The notes beneath the pieces were generated by a model. That model worked only from the letters and a program-made list of their open reading frames with translations. It did no database searches and was not told the origin of the DNA. From assembly GCA_013239625.1 (NCBI GenBank), contig MU053487.1, forward strand, positions 2,439,058 to 2,503,057: 64,000 bases of DNA, in the 5' to 3' direction. The DNA comes from Lama guanicoe. Taxonomy: Eukaryota. Each line of letters starts with the position of its first letter. Position 1 is the stretch's first letter. Below are positions 1 through 11,365 of the stretch, one piece after another. A program made the translations under genes and the position numbers.

Positions 1-1214
1 TTAGGGCTTAGAAATTAGAATTATGCTAAAAGCTGATATGATCAAGTAATGGTATGTTTGTTCACAGTAACAGTAATACAACTTTGATTTACATCTATCT
101 AATAATATATGGGTACCCACTGTCAGAATTTTAATAGTTATTTAATCCATATATTAAGCTTACCCACAAAGACAGTCATTACATCCTTGTTGTACAAATA
201 AAGAAATCGTTATTAACACAACTAAGAGGTTGTAGAAATGGTTCACATCCCAGGCATCATTATTTCAGAGCCCCTGCCCTTTTCACTCCATCACTTTCCG
301 AGGAGCGCTCAGGTGTCATGGACTTCTCTTCTCCTCAGCTGTAAGTATGAGCACCAACTGGCTTGCCATATGTGGCTGGACCACAACTGTCTTAATTAGA
401 TCACTGAATTTCTGGCAATGAAGCTCGCCAACTCTTGGTGCTCCTCTTCATGAAAACTTTGGGTTTACAATCTTTCATAAAAAATGGCTTGTACTAAATG
501 ACTTTCTATTTTTGTTAAAGGAATTATAACCTCTTATTTTTAGGGCTTTTTTTTCTCACTCTAAGCTGACATATCATCCTCACCAATGTAATTTTTTAAT
601 CAGTTTTGAAGTATAGCAAAAAAGTCATCAGCTCTCTATGAAATTTCTTGCTTCATCAAAAGAATAACCTGAAATCATATAATCTGTATTCTAACATAGG
701 TATTTATTACCTCTACAATCGAATTCTAATGAGAAAATTTTAAATTGTGCCATCAGCAACTCTTAAAAAATTCACAGGCCTTAAAAGATGTATAAAATGG
801 TTAAATTTAAATACACAGTGAGGAAAACAACTAATAAATGGCAGCATTATTTGTAATCCATAGTAATGAGTTTTAAACAATGTGGAAACATTAATTTTGC
901 TTGAGAAAAAAATTTTTGGTGAATTGTGCACACACATGCACATGCATAAAACAGCAACAAAGAATAAAAAGTGAAAATCTTAAGTACACAACAACTAGCA
1001 TATAAGACGTGTTACCAGGAAAGCTTACATAGCCCATGGAGAATATACATTCTCGGGAATACATTTCTGAAGGCAAATTATTCATATAAACTAAATTTGA
1101 AGATAATACACATTTTGTCAAGTGCAAATTCCATTTTCCAACCAACTTCATGTGATCACACAGCGCTGCAGTTCTACAACTTATCGTACGTGTTTGCATG
1201 CAAACCACGCTCAC

Positions 1215-1283
1215 CACACTCTCCCTTCGCCCACGACTGGCTCGACCAGAAGACGCAACGCTTGCAGTGTCATCGTCGATAAA
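1215..1283 (-). CDS. LRRFIP2: LRRFIP2 exon 14, FIDDDTASVASSGRASRGRRESV
   Basis: gcttttactatctatag| 69 nt |gtgagc. Confidence 0.95.
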
Positions 1284-2326
1284 CTATAGATAGTAAAAGC
1301 AGATAATGAAAAGGATGCAATTTCACTACAGGTCTTGCCTGACTGTGAGCACACTAAGTAAGGCTTTGGGAAGCACACAAATACTCTCTATGAGCATGAA
1401 AATCGGCACCATCTGTTATGCACCATTTAACCAAAAAGCTGTTTCAAGCCGTAATGAATGAATAAAAATAAAAATACATTTTCAAAAAGTACAAAGAATA
1501 AAACAGTAATTTATCTTTTACTTAAGTTAAATTAAAGGAAAAAGAGGGGGGAGCACAAGTATACTAGCTAAACCAGTGAGGGACTTTATGCTTTTTAAAA
1601 ACCTCTAGGCCCTCTGGGATCCTATCAAGGGTCAATAAATGCATTTAATGTTTTAGTTTGGGAGAGAAAATAAAAGAATCTTCCTAAGTGAAATAATGTA
1701 AGTCAAAGACAGAATTTCCTACCAGCAAGGACACTGAAACGATGATTCATATTTTCCTTTCTTTATTCCTATGTAACAGGTGGAGACATTTCTAACAACA
1801 CCCTACAGTGTTCCTCCTGTTTCACCAGCAGTGGAAGACTCATTTTCAGTATGTGTAGGTTACCTCCATTCTGACATCACTAAGAAACCATTCTGGCATC
1901 ACAAGGACAAGATTCTATACTTGATTGAAAATATTACTATAATTTTGTTTGCAAGGGACCATCACAGTTGGGACATTAAAAATGCCAAGTGGAATTTTAT
2001 TCCCAGGTGGGTTAAAGTAAACTTTCTACCTATGTAAAAAAGCCTTTATCTCCTTAAACATCCCTGTAATAATTTTTCATTAACTGTAAGAGTGGAATTC
2101 TTGATAAATGCCCCTTGGAAATAGCAGGAGAACTGGGCCAAACATATACGTAAAAGAAAGTCCACACAGCTCACCTATCCTATTCCACAAAGTAACCTAT
2201 GCTGACCATTAAGAAACTGCTTAATAATTTCTCCAATTTTGACACAGTCAAGAATAACAAGGTTGTTCCTAAAGTCATCATCTGTTACTGAAAACGTAAA
2301 TATAGTCTTTTTGGTGGGTAATATGG

Positions 2327-2370
2327 CTCTCTCTCTCTCTACATATATATATATATATATACATATATAC
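2327..2370. repeat. Compound (CT)n(AT)n microsatellite
   Basis: ctctctctctctct acatatatatatatatatat acatatata. Confidence 0.9.
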
Positions 2371-2439
2371 TAATTAAAACGTATATACTCTTTTATCTCC
2401 ATCAGTTCATGATTAGCAAGTTACCTTGCAGATCTACTC

Positions 2440-3000
2440 ATATAAGTACACAAAAGTATACTTACATAAGCATGTTCATTGTACAAAGTGTCTGTAGTAG
2501 AAAAAAATCTGACAACCTAAATGTCCATCAAGAAGGGAGTTATTTTTCAAGTGTACAGCCTAGACAGTAATGGAATGATACACTGCCATTTAAAAAAAAC
2601 ATACAACTGTGCTGACATAAAATTATCTCCAAGAGGCATTCAGTGGAAATATTAAGAGACATGGTTTACTTTTTAAAATTCTTTATTTATTTATTTATTT
2701 TGTAAATCTTTTAAATGTCAAAAAAAAAGAATGAAATAAATCTTTATGTACTGATTTGAAAAGATACACTGAGTAAAGAAAACAAGTTGAGGACCACTAT
2801 GTATATGAATTATTAACATACTGTTCAAATATAGGATACTTGTATATACATAAAATACCTCTGAAAGGATATACAAGAATGGAGGTCACATTTGGGGAAT
2901 GGAAATAGGGGGACAGTGTCAGAGGATTTTTACCTTGCACTTTCCTTAAGCTAATACTATTTTCATAAATTAAAAAAAAAGTTTTAATACTTCAGAAAAA
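2440..3000 (+). mobile_element. Old L1 (L1M/L1ME-type) 3' relic
   Basis: Motifs such as atgttcattg...acaacctaaatgtccatca and atctccaaga; highly diverged. Confidence 0.55.
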
Positions 3001-3482
3001 TTGGGTGATTAAAATGGTCCCAGTTTTGTGTTTTAGGCAACAATTTGTTAAAGTCAACTTGTTTTATTTCTTCTCCTTCCACTCCACTGCCTGAAACACT
3101 GGCAAGCAAGTGAAATGGTTCAACGTAGGAAGCAGAGAAGAAAAGGAGAAAAGGAGAAAGGGAAAGGACAGGGCAGCCAACTCATACCCTGAATTACCAC
3201 CACTGCAAAGACAAGAAGTTCCACACAAATGACACATATAAATTTTTTAAAAATTCTAATGGCACTGGTTCCAGGCTCATTAAAGAAATTACATGCTACG
3301 TTATCTTCACACAGGAACTACCAATTAGGATAAATTAGTACCTGAGTTTGTGTACTGAAGGAAAACATTAACCATGCACAAAAGAGTGAAACACCACATC
3401 CTCAGTGGTCTAAACTGTGAGTACAGATTAATGAAACAACCAAAAGTGTCTATAAATCATGCAAAGAGATGAGACAGCTCAC

Positions 3483-3539
3483 CACAGGACTGCTTCGGGC
3501 TGAACTTGTTCTTGATGAGTAATAACTGTATTCAGAAGG
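3483..3539 (-). CDS. LRRFIP2: LRRFIP2 exon 13, PSEYSYYSSRTSSARSSPV
   Basis: aactttatag| 57 nt |gtgagc. Confidence 0.95.
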
Positions 3540-3997
3540 CTATAAAGTTTCCAAGAAGAACAGTTTTACAATAATGATCAGCTCCTTGCCCAGCTGGGAA
3601 TATACTAGTGACCCTGACCTAACTTACCTTGGCTCCCAGGTGAAGGTAACTGTTACTTCTTGTCCTGGAACTCTGCCTCACTCCCACCCTCAAAGTCCAC
3701 TAGCCCACGGCAGGAGGGAGAGGGGAGAAAGGGGATGCCCGAGAAGCACTATTTTCACCCCCTGCCTGAGGACTAATGAGCAAGAGAAGAGGTTTCTCTA
3801 CTTATGTTGCCCTCACACTTTAAGCGTGGACTTCCAGCAGGTGCTTTCTCACAGCTTGGGTGAGAGTCACAATTGGCAAGCTGATGGATCACAGTGTGTA
3901 GAGTAATTACAGGTCAGATCAAATGGCTTTTTCTTTGTTAGGAAACTGTGCCCACCTACACATCACCCTCCTCACCACCTCCCCTGGTTAGACTTAC

Positions 3998-4045
3998 AGT
4001 GCGAGAACCGTAAGGGTTATATAATCCACCATCATACAATGATAC
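3998..4045 (-). CDS. LRRFIP2: LRRFIP2 exon 12, VSLYDGGLYNPYGSRT
   Basis: tcctttgttctttag| 48 nt |gtaagt. Confidence 0.95.
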
Positions 4046-4886
4046 CTAAAGAACAAAGGAAATACCGTTTATCAATTCAGCATCAAAGTTATTTTGAAAA
4101 CTTCTTTGCAGTACTCAGTTCCAAAAAAAGTTTTGAAGAATGGTGTAAGTGTACAGCCTCCCAAGGTTGATAACACTCATTTACATATGCATAAATTCCT
4201 GCATCAGTCTCATTAAAACTTCAAGCTCATACTTCATTTAAAAAGCACTATTGGTTACAGCATTTCCTTTCATCATCATGTTATCAAATTAGAAGAACTA
4301 ACATTTATGAATTTATTCTCTAAAAGAGGAAACAGAACAGAAAAGAAAGTGAAGTACAGAAAGCATTCTGCCCACTGTCACGACAAAATTAAGCACAAAC
4401 CCTCAGGTTTCCATTATACTAGAACAGGCCACAACACAACAGCTTGAAAGTAACCAACTCACAACCTGCACATGACACAGAGCTATTGTTTTTGCTTTCT
4501 AGCCAGCTGGCTTCATCAGAACTCAGTACTAACATGGCCGAAGCCACAGCTGTCCCTCTAAAAAATGGGACATCCCATGCATGGGCAGCCATCTCACAAA
4601 AGTACGCAAGCATAGTGGGATCCATGCAAATCTAGCTCCTCTATAGGAAGTCAGTTCTAAGCAAGGGCCTCCCAACAGCCAGCAGTATCTACCACTGCAA
4701 AGAGAATATGCTTATTTTTGCTACCCTAAAGTTTTGTATTTGCAGCACAGGCAGCACATTCTGCAGTACACATAGCACTAAAGCCATGTGTCCTTGACTG
4801 TTTGGGAGGAAAGATGTCAAGGCAGAGTCAGCACCATGACAATGGCCCCACCAGGGGTACACACGTTGGAAGAGAAGAATACAAAC

Positions 4887-4931
4887 CAGACTGGCACTCC
4901 TCAGCAGACCAGAATTTGCAATAGGGGAGGC
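4887..4931 (-). CDS. LRRFIP2: LRRFIP2 exon 11, ASPIANSGLLRSASL
   Basis: actttttccatag| 45 nt |gtttgt; follows an 81-nt intron. Confidence 0.95.
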
Positions 4932-5012
4932 CTATGGAAAAAGTGCATGATTTAACCCAAAGAAAAGCAACTGGTAGCTCTGAATGCAACACACTCCTCA
5001 GAAAGTACTAAC

Positions 5013-5063
5013 CCTATTAATCTTAGATGTCGCCAGAGGATCGCTGTACAGGGAAGAAGACTG
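5013..5063 (-). CDS. LRRFIP2: LRRFIP2 exon 10, QSSSLYSDPLATSKINR
   Basis: tgtttttgtttcttag|CAG... 51 nt |gttagt. Confidence 0.94.
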
Positions 5064-5904
5064 CTAAGAAACAAAAACAAAACAAATTAAGCAAAAAAAA
5101 AAAGAAAGAAAGAAAGAAAAAGAAAAAAAGGAGAACTGGTCTCACCATTATAAGAGCAGAAGACCTACATTTATTTTATACTCCATAATTCATTAGCATT
5201 TCCCAAGTATTTAAGGTAGTTAAGTGATACATGAAGTGAGAAAAAAATTGTTAGACATCCTTTGAATACCAATTTTAAGGGATAAGAAAGAAAAACACCT
5301 GAAAGAGTTTTCAAAAAATGTGTTTAAGTCCTATTGGTCTTTGAGGATTAATAGTAGGAGATGGGATGGCCATCTGAGAAAATGCTCGGGACAAAGGGGC
5401 CATGGCTCAGGGAGTGTGGCAAACAGTGGCCACATCCCAGTCCCCAGCAGCTCCTGGGACTTACAATGATTCTTGGGGAAATGAGCTCTGAGTTACTGCT
5501 AAAGATACTTTCCCAAATAGACCAGAAATCTGTATTTCAAAAACAAACCATAGACAAAGTGCCTTAGTTTAGTCAGATAAATTGTACTGATCACAATGAG
5601 TCCATGCAGTAACAAGGCATGGCATTTTTTCAAAAGAAATTAAATCTTTTTCCTGATGTCATCTGAAGACACAATTTTCACTTCTTTCCTTACCAAGCCC
5701 AGTTAGACATGGAGAATAAGAGTATCTAAGTTATGTGTGTAGGTTTTGACAAGTGAATTATTTTAAATGTACTGTATGCCATATATTTAATGTTTTTTAA
5801 ATATATGGTGTGCCAAATGTCTTGTAAAAACAAGAGATTCTAACATTACACAAATAATTACATTCTTCTCATCCCATTTATAAATTTTCACATGCACGTT
5901 TTTA

Positions 5905-6140
5905 TTAAAAGGGCATACATTGTGATGTGTATGAATACCTACAACTTATTCTGAAATGCAGCCCCCCAAAAAGACGGACTGATGGATGAAGAGAGGGACA
6001 GATATGTAATTATATGATAGAGAAAATACAGTAAAATGCTAATGGTAGAATGTGAGTAGTAGGTACGTGGATGGTTACTATACAGTTCTTTGAAGTTTTT
6101 TGTATGTTAAATATTTTTATTAAAAAAATTGGGAAAAAGT
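5905..6140 (+). mobile_element. Old L1ME-type 3' end
   Basis: acttattctgaaatgca...gatggatg...gtaaaatgctaatggtagaa...atttttattaaaaaaattggg; similar to the copy at 40240-40600. Confidence 0.6.
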
Positions 6141-6341
6141 ACTCATTTACAAACATGGTGGTGATTCAATATTTTCATCATTTAAAGATAAACTCACATA
6201 GACTATATGAATTCAATTATCACAAACTAGTATAAACACAGCCATTCACAGATTAGTTCTAACTAGTCAAAATGCAAAATAGGGGATTAGAAACGTGTTA
6301 ATGTTGGATAAAACAACAAAGCCAAAAAACTTGCGACAAAC

Positions 6342-6422
6342 CCGAGTATAGTAGGCAGAGGTGGGTTTGCTGCTATAGTTTCTAAGACTGCTATAGTTTC
6401 TCTGGTCAAAGTAGAGGCCACT
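6342..6422 (-). CDS. LRRFIP2: LRRFIP2 exon 9, SGLYFDQRNYSSLRNYSSKPTSAYYTR
   Basis: ttttgctttttacag| 81 nt |gtttgt; contains an internal RNYSS repeat. Confidence 0.95.
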
Positions 6423-8011
6423 CTGTAAAAAGCAAAATCAAACACAGTTTTCTTAGATTAAATGTTGTTAACCTAACAGCACACAAAGGCAAAATCTGAT
6501 ATTGCCAAAAGCCTTTTCCTCCAAAACAATGACTTTAAAGCATTGAATCGTATTAAGTAAAAATCAAAATAACAACTATTTCAAGTCTCTCTAAAAAGAC
6601 TAATATTAAAGGTTAACTGTTTTCAAGCAAAGTCATTACTAATTTTTTTACTTTAAAACCAAGAGTATAAAACCTCAAACAACATGGAATGGAAATAGTA
6701 AGGGATTTATTCTCATGTCATACTTAGAAATGACCTAGAAAAGTCCAGGAAAAATGAATAATTGTCATTTTTATAGTACATTTGGCAATGCCACAGAAAT
6801 TATTAAATGGTCCTTTTTTTCCAAACTCCTCCTAATTCCACTATTTATCAAAATAAACTGATCAAATTAAATTACCAAAGAGAGTATAAGCATGCACTAA
6901 ATATGGTCTGGTCAAAAACATCCATGGTAGGTTCATCTTCACCACATCAAAAACAATTTTATATATTGGGATTGCTTGTGGGGGAAAAAATCATCTACAA
7001 AATTCCAACCATCTTTTTACTCCAGGTTAAGGAAATTCAGACAATCCCTCGCTGAGAGACTGCTCCTCCACTGCTGACACTATCGAACCAGAACATCCCC
7101 ACTCCCACCCCACCCCTGCCACTCCTGGCCCTGCCTTTCTGCACCACACCCTCCACGAGGCACTGTGACTCACCTCTCCCCAGAGCTCCCAATACTTCCC
7201 CCTCCAGGACCTCTCACTAATGTCCTCTCTATTCATCCTCTCCTCCTTCTTCATTTCTACCAGCCAAAGACCCCTAGCCCTCTCTCCACCTCAGCGATGG
7301 TCAGAGCCCCTCTCTTAGGAACCCTAAGTGAGCAGGGAGCTTGGGGCTGCATGTAACCTGTCACTGCTGTAGCAACCTAACAGGAAAGAGGTGTTCCCAG
7401 CATCCCAAATGGGCATTCTACACATTTTTCCCTCCACAGAAATGTTGTTCAGCAAGGTCTGCCAGAATGAAGAGCACTATTAGTTCTGCAGTTTAATTAT
7501 AAGTTAGAGTTTTCTGCAAGACAGCATGGGAACTCTGCCATCACATACTTCATTGTTTGTACTAGAAAATTAATTTCAAGTTCCCAAAATTCGATCTATA
7601 AACAAACATTCGGAATGAAACCTATATGTGAGTTTGATACTGCCTATAATATCAAAATTAAATCAATTCAAATTTCTAAAATAAGGATAAGAATCCTACT
7701 AAACCTATTCTGAAGGCATATTCCTCCAAAGGACAGTTCATAAATAAAAACACGTTGTTAACAAAGATCATGTGACACTTTCCTAATTCTAGCCACTGGG
7801 ATTAGCATATATTAACTTGATATCAAATCCTGTAAATAAAAACGAAATTATTTTTAAATAACTTTCTCATAAATTGTGTTTCAGTGTATTATCAAGTTTC
7901 AATAATGTCTTAGAAGCACACCAACACAATCATAATTCTTAAGTTTCCTAAAAGTAATCAGTGAATTTTACAGCCGCACAAGATACAGTGATGAGACACA
8001 ACAGAACTAAC

Positions 8012-8077
8012 CAGTGGGTCTTTATGAGAACCAGAAGATCTCTTCTTCATTCCATAAGAGTGACTGTAAGAATGATT
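8012..8077 (-). CDS. LRRFIP2: LRRFIP2 exon 8, NHSYSHSYGMKKRSSGSHKDPL
   Basis: tatttacttccag| 66 nt |gttagt. Confidence 0.95.
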
Positions 8078-9522
8078 CTGGAAGTAAATAGCTGAAGTTA
8101 ACTTTAATGATCATACAGTGAAATTTTAAACCTAATTTAATCAAGATCATCTTAAAATCATGCACAGAAAGGTCCGTGTGAGATAGAGTAGTCTACATGC
8201 ACTCTATTTCCATCTGTTAGTAAGTGACTCACTGCACCTGGCTGGCTAAGATACACAGCCTCCCTACACACCTGCATTCCCCTCCACCTCCCCATGGCAT
8301 CCAGCTCAGGGTCTAGTCAACTAGAAAACTTAAATTAGGACTCTGATCCAGGCGGAATATTTGTGGGAACCTTCACCCCACACCTCATTTGAATCTATCT
8401 TCTTTATGGGGGACAAGAGAGATCACTTTCTTCCACAGTCTTCCTTACCTAAAGGCCAAAAAGCCATCCTTTGCATCAACCAAAACAAGACTGAGAGAAC
8501 AAAGAACGTAACGCTGAACTGCCCGAGACAGTACTCTTAGCCAAAGTTAGTGGTCCCACAGCAAGTGCTGCTCAGAGGGAAACAGCCAACATGGTACGCA
8601 CTGCCTGAGCAGCAGCAGCAGCATTATTAGACAGTAACCTGACACGCAAGTCCTTTGAAGAAAGCACTGTCTCAATACATAGCTTCTCCAAGCAGTACAG
8701 AGCCAAATGTATGTGAGGGGATACAGGACAGCAACATTACTCAACAGGTCAAGGGTAGACAAGAAATCCAATCTAGGTATGCTCGCCGAAATGAGGCAGT
8801 GTGGCCAGAAGTGTCCTACCTATCAAAAGACTGCTCTAGGCAAATCATCTGACATGCACACCTAGATCCTGAATCAATGATTATAAGCTTACTTTCCTTT
8901 TTGAAAATGCGTATGTTTTCTTTTATACATTATCCTGGACATTTAAGGGCTGTCTCTATGGTCTAGAAACTCAGGCAATCTATTGACATACTAACCTCCA
9001 AAAAACGTGTTTTAACTAAACTTCCTTGGCCAAAATGATGCACCATAAAAAGCAAACCAAGAAAAAAAATGAGTGGACATAAGTGATGTTTCAGATGTCA
9101 TTTGTCACTGCTGGATGCTTTCTGTTTAGCAACTTCACACTTGCTATCCTGTGACCCAGGACATGAAACACAGTAGGGCCTGCACTGTTGTAGTTCAGTG
9201 TGTATCAAAACACTGCTACAAGCGGGGCTTCCAGGGCAATGAGTATGTGTCAGCTGGGTAGCTCATCATTTTAAGAAAAGAGATTACTACCAGTCTTAGT
9301 CCTGAATAGAGAAGCAAAAAATTTTTATATGATCCTGAAATTCTAAGAGAAAAATTATTCAAATGTTAAGTTGTGCTACAATTGCAGAACAACAGATTCT
9401 GCTTTGTTAGTCACACATTTCACCATCAAATCTGTGAAAGAGTTAGTCTTATCTACAACTAACATCATCAGGTGTTTACAAAGTAAAACTCGACACTTAA
9501 CACAAAGACATGCACTACATAC

Positions 9523-9564
9523 TAATGATGAAAATCTTGATGATCTATCCTTGACAGCATCATA
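9523..9564 (-). CDS. LRRFIP2: LRRFIP2 exon 7, YDAVKDRSSRFSSL
   Basis: tttttctgaaatccag| 42 nt |gtatgt. Confidence 0.92.
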
Positions 9565-11261
9565 CTGGATTTCAGAAAAAGGTGGAAGTTGATTGTATTT
9601 CCAAAACCAGAAATATAAAGAGAAGAAAAAGTGAAAATTAAAAAAAAATTATTAAAAATCCAGCACTATTTTAACAGCCCAGTTATTGCAGAAACCCTCC
9701 AAAATATATTCTATAAGTAAAAGGCAAGCAATAAAGAGTGTTATTACATGTATAAAAAAACCTTGTTTATCCAAATTTTATTAAGTGCCTAAAGGTATGC
9801 ATTTGGTGGTAAATAATGTGCAATGGTAAAATGTCACCGTGTTGAATGACATTTCCCTGAAAATAAAGTTCTTTCTCCATAGAAATTTCACTTTCATCTT
9901 TCTTCAGTTAACAAAATATCCTTTAAAAAAAAAAAGACCAAAACATGTATTATTCAAGCCACACATTCTTGCATGAAATAAGTTCACTGAAGAGAATGGT
10001 AATGTCTTATTTCTTCTCATCCTCTCTTAATACCAAGGGCATTTTGCAAAGGCACAGGATTTAACAAGCTGTACTGAAATGGAGCTATTTTGATTTTCCT
10101 TTTCCAAATATAATGCAGAGCTCAGCTGGTTAAAAAAATTTGCTGAATCTGGTAGGGAAATCCATTATTTGGACGCCCCAATTGCTACTAGAACAACTGG
10201 ATAAACAAAAAGAATCCCCCTAACACACACCAGTTAGTATTTCTGTTGTTTAAAAACAAATGATTTCATCAAAGGAGGGAGAACTGAAAACATTAAGGGC
10301 TCCAGCTAAACAAAACATTTAGAAGTTTGCTGCTATAATCTATTAAAAACAATGTTTAACTCTCAGAAAAAGATGCCTCAAAGTTTTCATTTGGAAATAA
10401 AATTTGTTAAAAGTGCAAAAACAGATTATAGAAACAAAATTCAAAGTGCTAATTTCTGTTATAATGTACCTATTACTCAAGCCCCCAGAATTCTGTGAGT
10501 CAACAGTGAATGCACAATACCAAAGTTGCACATCTTTCTGGGCTACACACCATGATGTCTTTCCTTTTGGGTGTACTGGCTCTGCTCCAGTGTGTCCCAG
10601 TTATGTCCTTTGATGGGTTCGTCCATGGAATTAAACAGTAGTGAATGACAAAACACAAAGCCGGCAAGCGTATTAAAATTAAATTCATTAAAATTATACT
10701 AAGGCCATTGATATATAAATAGGAACTGATATAAACAATAGTAAAAATCTCCACCAGTGAAAAACTGCAGTGTATCCCTACTGCTCTGATGCAAGATCAC
10801 CTCATTTTCTAATTTTGGACCTCTACCTTATAGTCTTCTTGTATTTCATTATATAAAGTAGTGACCAAGCATTTATAAGATTTTTTTTTAATGGTAGATT
10901 TTTTTTTAAAGAAACAGATTCTCTCCATTCTAAACTCATGGTTTTGATTTAATTTTCCTTCCCCAAATCTGCCATTCATAATCTTGAACTATCTTTGCTC
11001 TCTTTATTTTTATACAGATTCTCTATAGCACTGATACTATCTCCAGCCCAAATAGCTTCTGGCAGGATACCTTTAAAGAAAGCAGTACCTGAAAGTTAAT
11101 CTCACAAAAGGAAAGATCAAAGTCCTAGGAACGTGGCATAAAACCATAAATACAACTGTTTCATATCCAGGTACTATTAAACTTCATATACTAAATACAA
11201 GGTCCAGAAGTGTTAGACGTTTAAATATATAGCTCATAAGTTTAAAAATATAAACTGGCAG

Positions 11262-11365
11262 TCCATGAATGACTGAAAAATTGTGCTGAACACTGGAATT
11301 TGACACAACATTGTAAAATGATTATAAATCAATAAAAAAATGTTAAAAAGCTAAAAAATATATAT
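11262..11365 (+). mobile_element. Young 5'-truncated L1 3' end with TSD
   Basis: actgaaaaattgtgct...cactggaatttgacacaacattgtaaaatga...aataaa plus A-tail; 14-bp TSD atataaactggcag at 11248-11261 and 11366-11379. Confidence 0.88.

Noticed and set aside
1..1200. Next LRRFIP2 exon (recalled as VSAADYFSRS...)
   Set aside because: Not found by eye; it presumably lies beyond the left edge.
4040..4048. AG|GT juxtaposition at the exon 12 acceptor (recursive-splice-like)
   Set aside because: The regenerated donor GTATCA is poor and the flanking introns are short.
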